From NCBI GenBank assembly GCA_017453325.1, contig JAFTKK010000018.1:38-64037 (forward strand): 64,000 nt of DNA, given 5' to 3'. The position numbers and the translations under genes are program-made. This document shows, one piece after another, positions 63,670 through 64,000 of the stretch. Below the pieces are notes generated by a model. That model did no database searches, was not told where the DNA came from, and worked only from the letters and a program-made list of their open reading frames with translations. Origin of the DNA: Clostridia bacterium (GTDB lineage: Bacteria; Bacillota; Clostridia; Oscillospirales; CAG-272). How positions within the stretch are numbered: position 1 is the first letter of the stretch; every line of letters starts with the position of its first letter.

Positions 63670-64000
63670 ATGAATATACTGACTGTTATTATGGCGGTTT
63701 TTGCCGTCATCGGCGCGCTGGACCGCATGATCGGCAACCGCTTTGGCATTGGGCGCGAGTTTGAGCGCGGCTTTATGATGCTTGGCAGCTTTGCGCTTTG
63801 CATGATCGGCATGATCGTGATGTCGCCCATGATCGCTTATGCGCTCGATCCCGTGCTGACCTTTGTGGGCGATCATCTGCCCATTGACCCCTCCTCCTTT
63901 ACCGCGCTCCTGTTCCCGAACGACCTTGGCGGCGCACATCTGGCGGTGGAGGTGGGCAGGGATGCCGAGGTGGCGCTCTTTAACGCCATGATCACCTCGG
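63670..64000 (+). CDS. eutH: Ethanolamine utilisation protein EutH-like transporter, 5' part (runs off the window)
   Basis: My own translation: MNILTVIMAVFAVIGALDRMIGNRFGIGREFERGFMMLGSFALCMIGMIVMSP...LFPNDLGGAHLA, resembling the EutH N-terminus. Confidence 0.65.
   Translation, partial: MNILTVIMAVFAVIGALDRMIGNRFGIGREFERGFMMLGSFALCMIGMIVMSPMIAYALDPVLTFVGDHLPIDPSSFTALLFPNDLGGAHLAVEVGRDAEVALFNAMITS

Noticed and set aside
1-64000. Window-wide look for CRISPR arrays, tRNA/rRNA/tmRNA/SRP RNA genes, transposases, integrases, restriction-modification systems or known defence genes
   Set aside because: I saw no regularly spaced direct repeats, no tRNA T-arm/acceptor patterns, and no recombinase or nuclease signatures in any long ORF. 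This was done by eye only, so tRNAscan, Infernal and defence-system HMM scans should confirm it.

Overview
64-kb chromosomal window, roughly 55-58% GC by eye. It reads like a spore-forming Clostridia (Firmicutes) genome. This is an inference from an alpha/beta-type SASP gene, a GlpP antiterminator, DegV and the ylxM-ffh-rpsP-KH block. I call about 60 protein genes, tightly packed. Many have near-consensus sigma-A promoters (TTGACA-17-TATAAT type) and clear hairpin/U-run terminators. Reading by eye, I found no rRNA, tRNA, CRISPR array, transposase or integrase. The content is mostly accessory. There are four AraC-family regulators, each next to a divergent or adjacent catabolic/redox locus: CapA-like plus CE15-like esterase; a QueG/RdhA-like Fe-S operon; a Gfo/Idh/MocA pair; and split transketolase-SDR-Gfo. 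There is also a GH78 rhamnosidase locus, a GlpP-controlled glycerol-3-phosphate oxidoreductase operon, several transporters (DMT, SNF, ABC-2, a giant MacB-like fusion, ABC-F, EutH) and housekeeping genes (ldh, typA, ffh, rpsP). The five items most worth a second look follow. (1) An AraC-linked five-gene operon at 24668-30381 with three tandem divergent QueG/reductive-dehalogenase-superfamily Fe-S paralogs between two TIM-barrel-like proteins. (2) An orphan promoter-to-terminator unit of about 420 nt at 14377-14827 with no credible ORF, carrying two direct repeats that are each a Shine-Dalgarno plus a 3-codon mini-ORF. (3) An HTH-GHKL ATPase-STAS-like (DUF4325) fusion followed by an AT-rich small membrane ORF. 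(4) A membrane protein/ABC exporter/Ig-like surface lipoprotein operon. (5) A rubrerythrin gene with an in-frame TAA at a conserved Lys codon. All functional calls come from motif recognition by eye. No database search was run.
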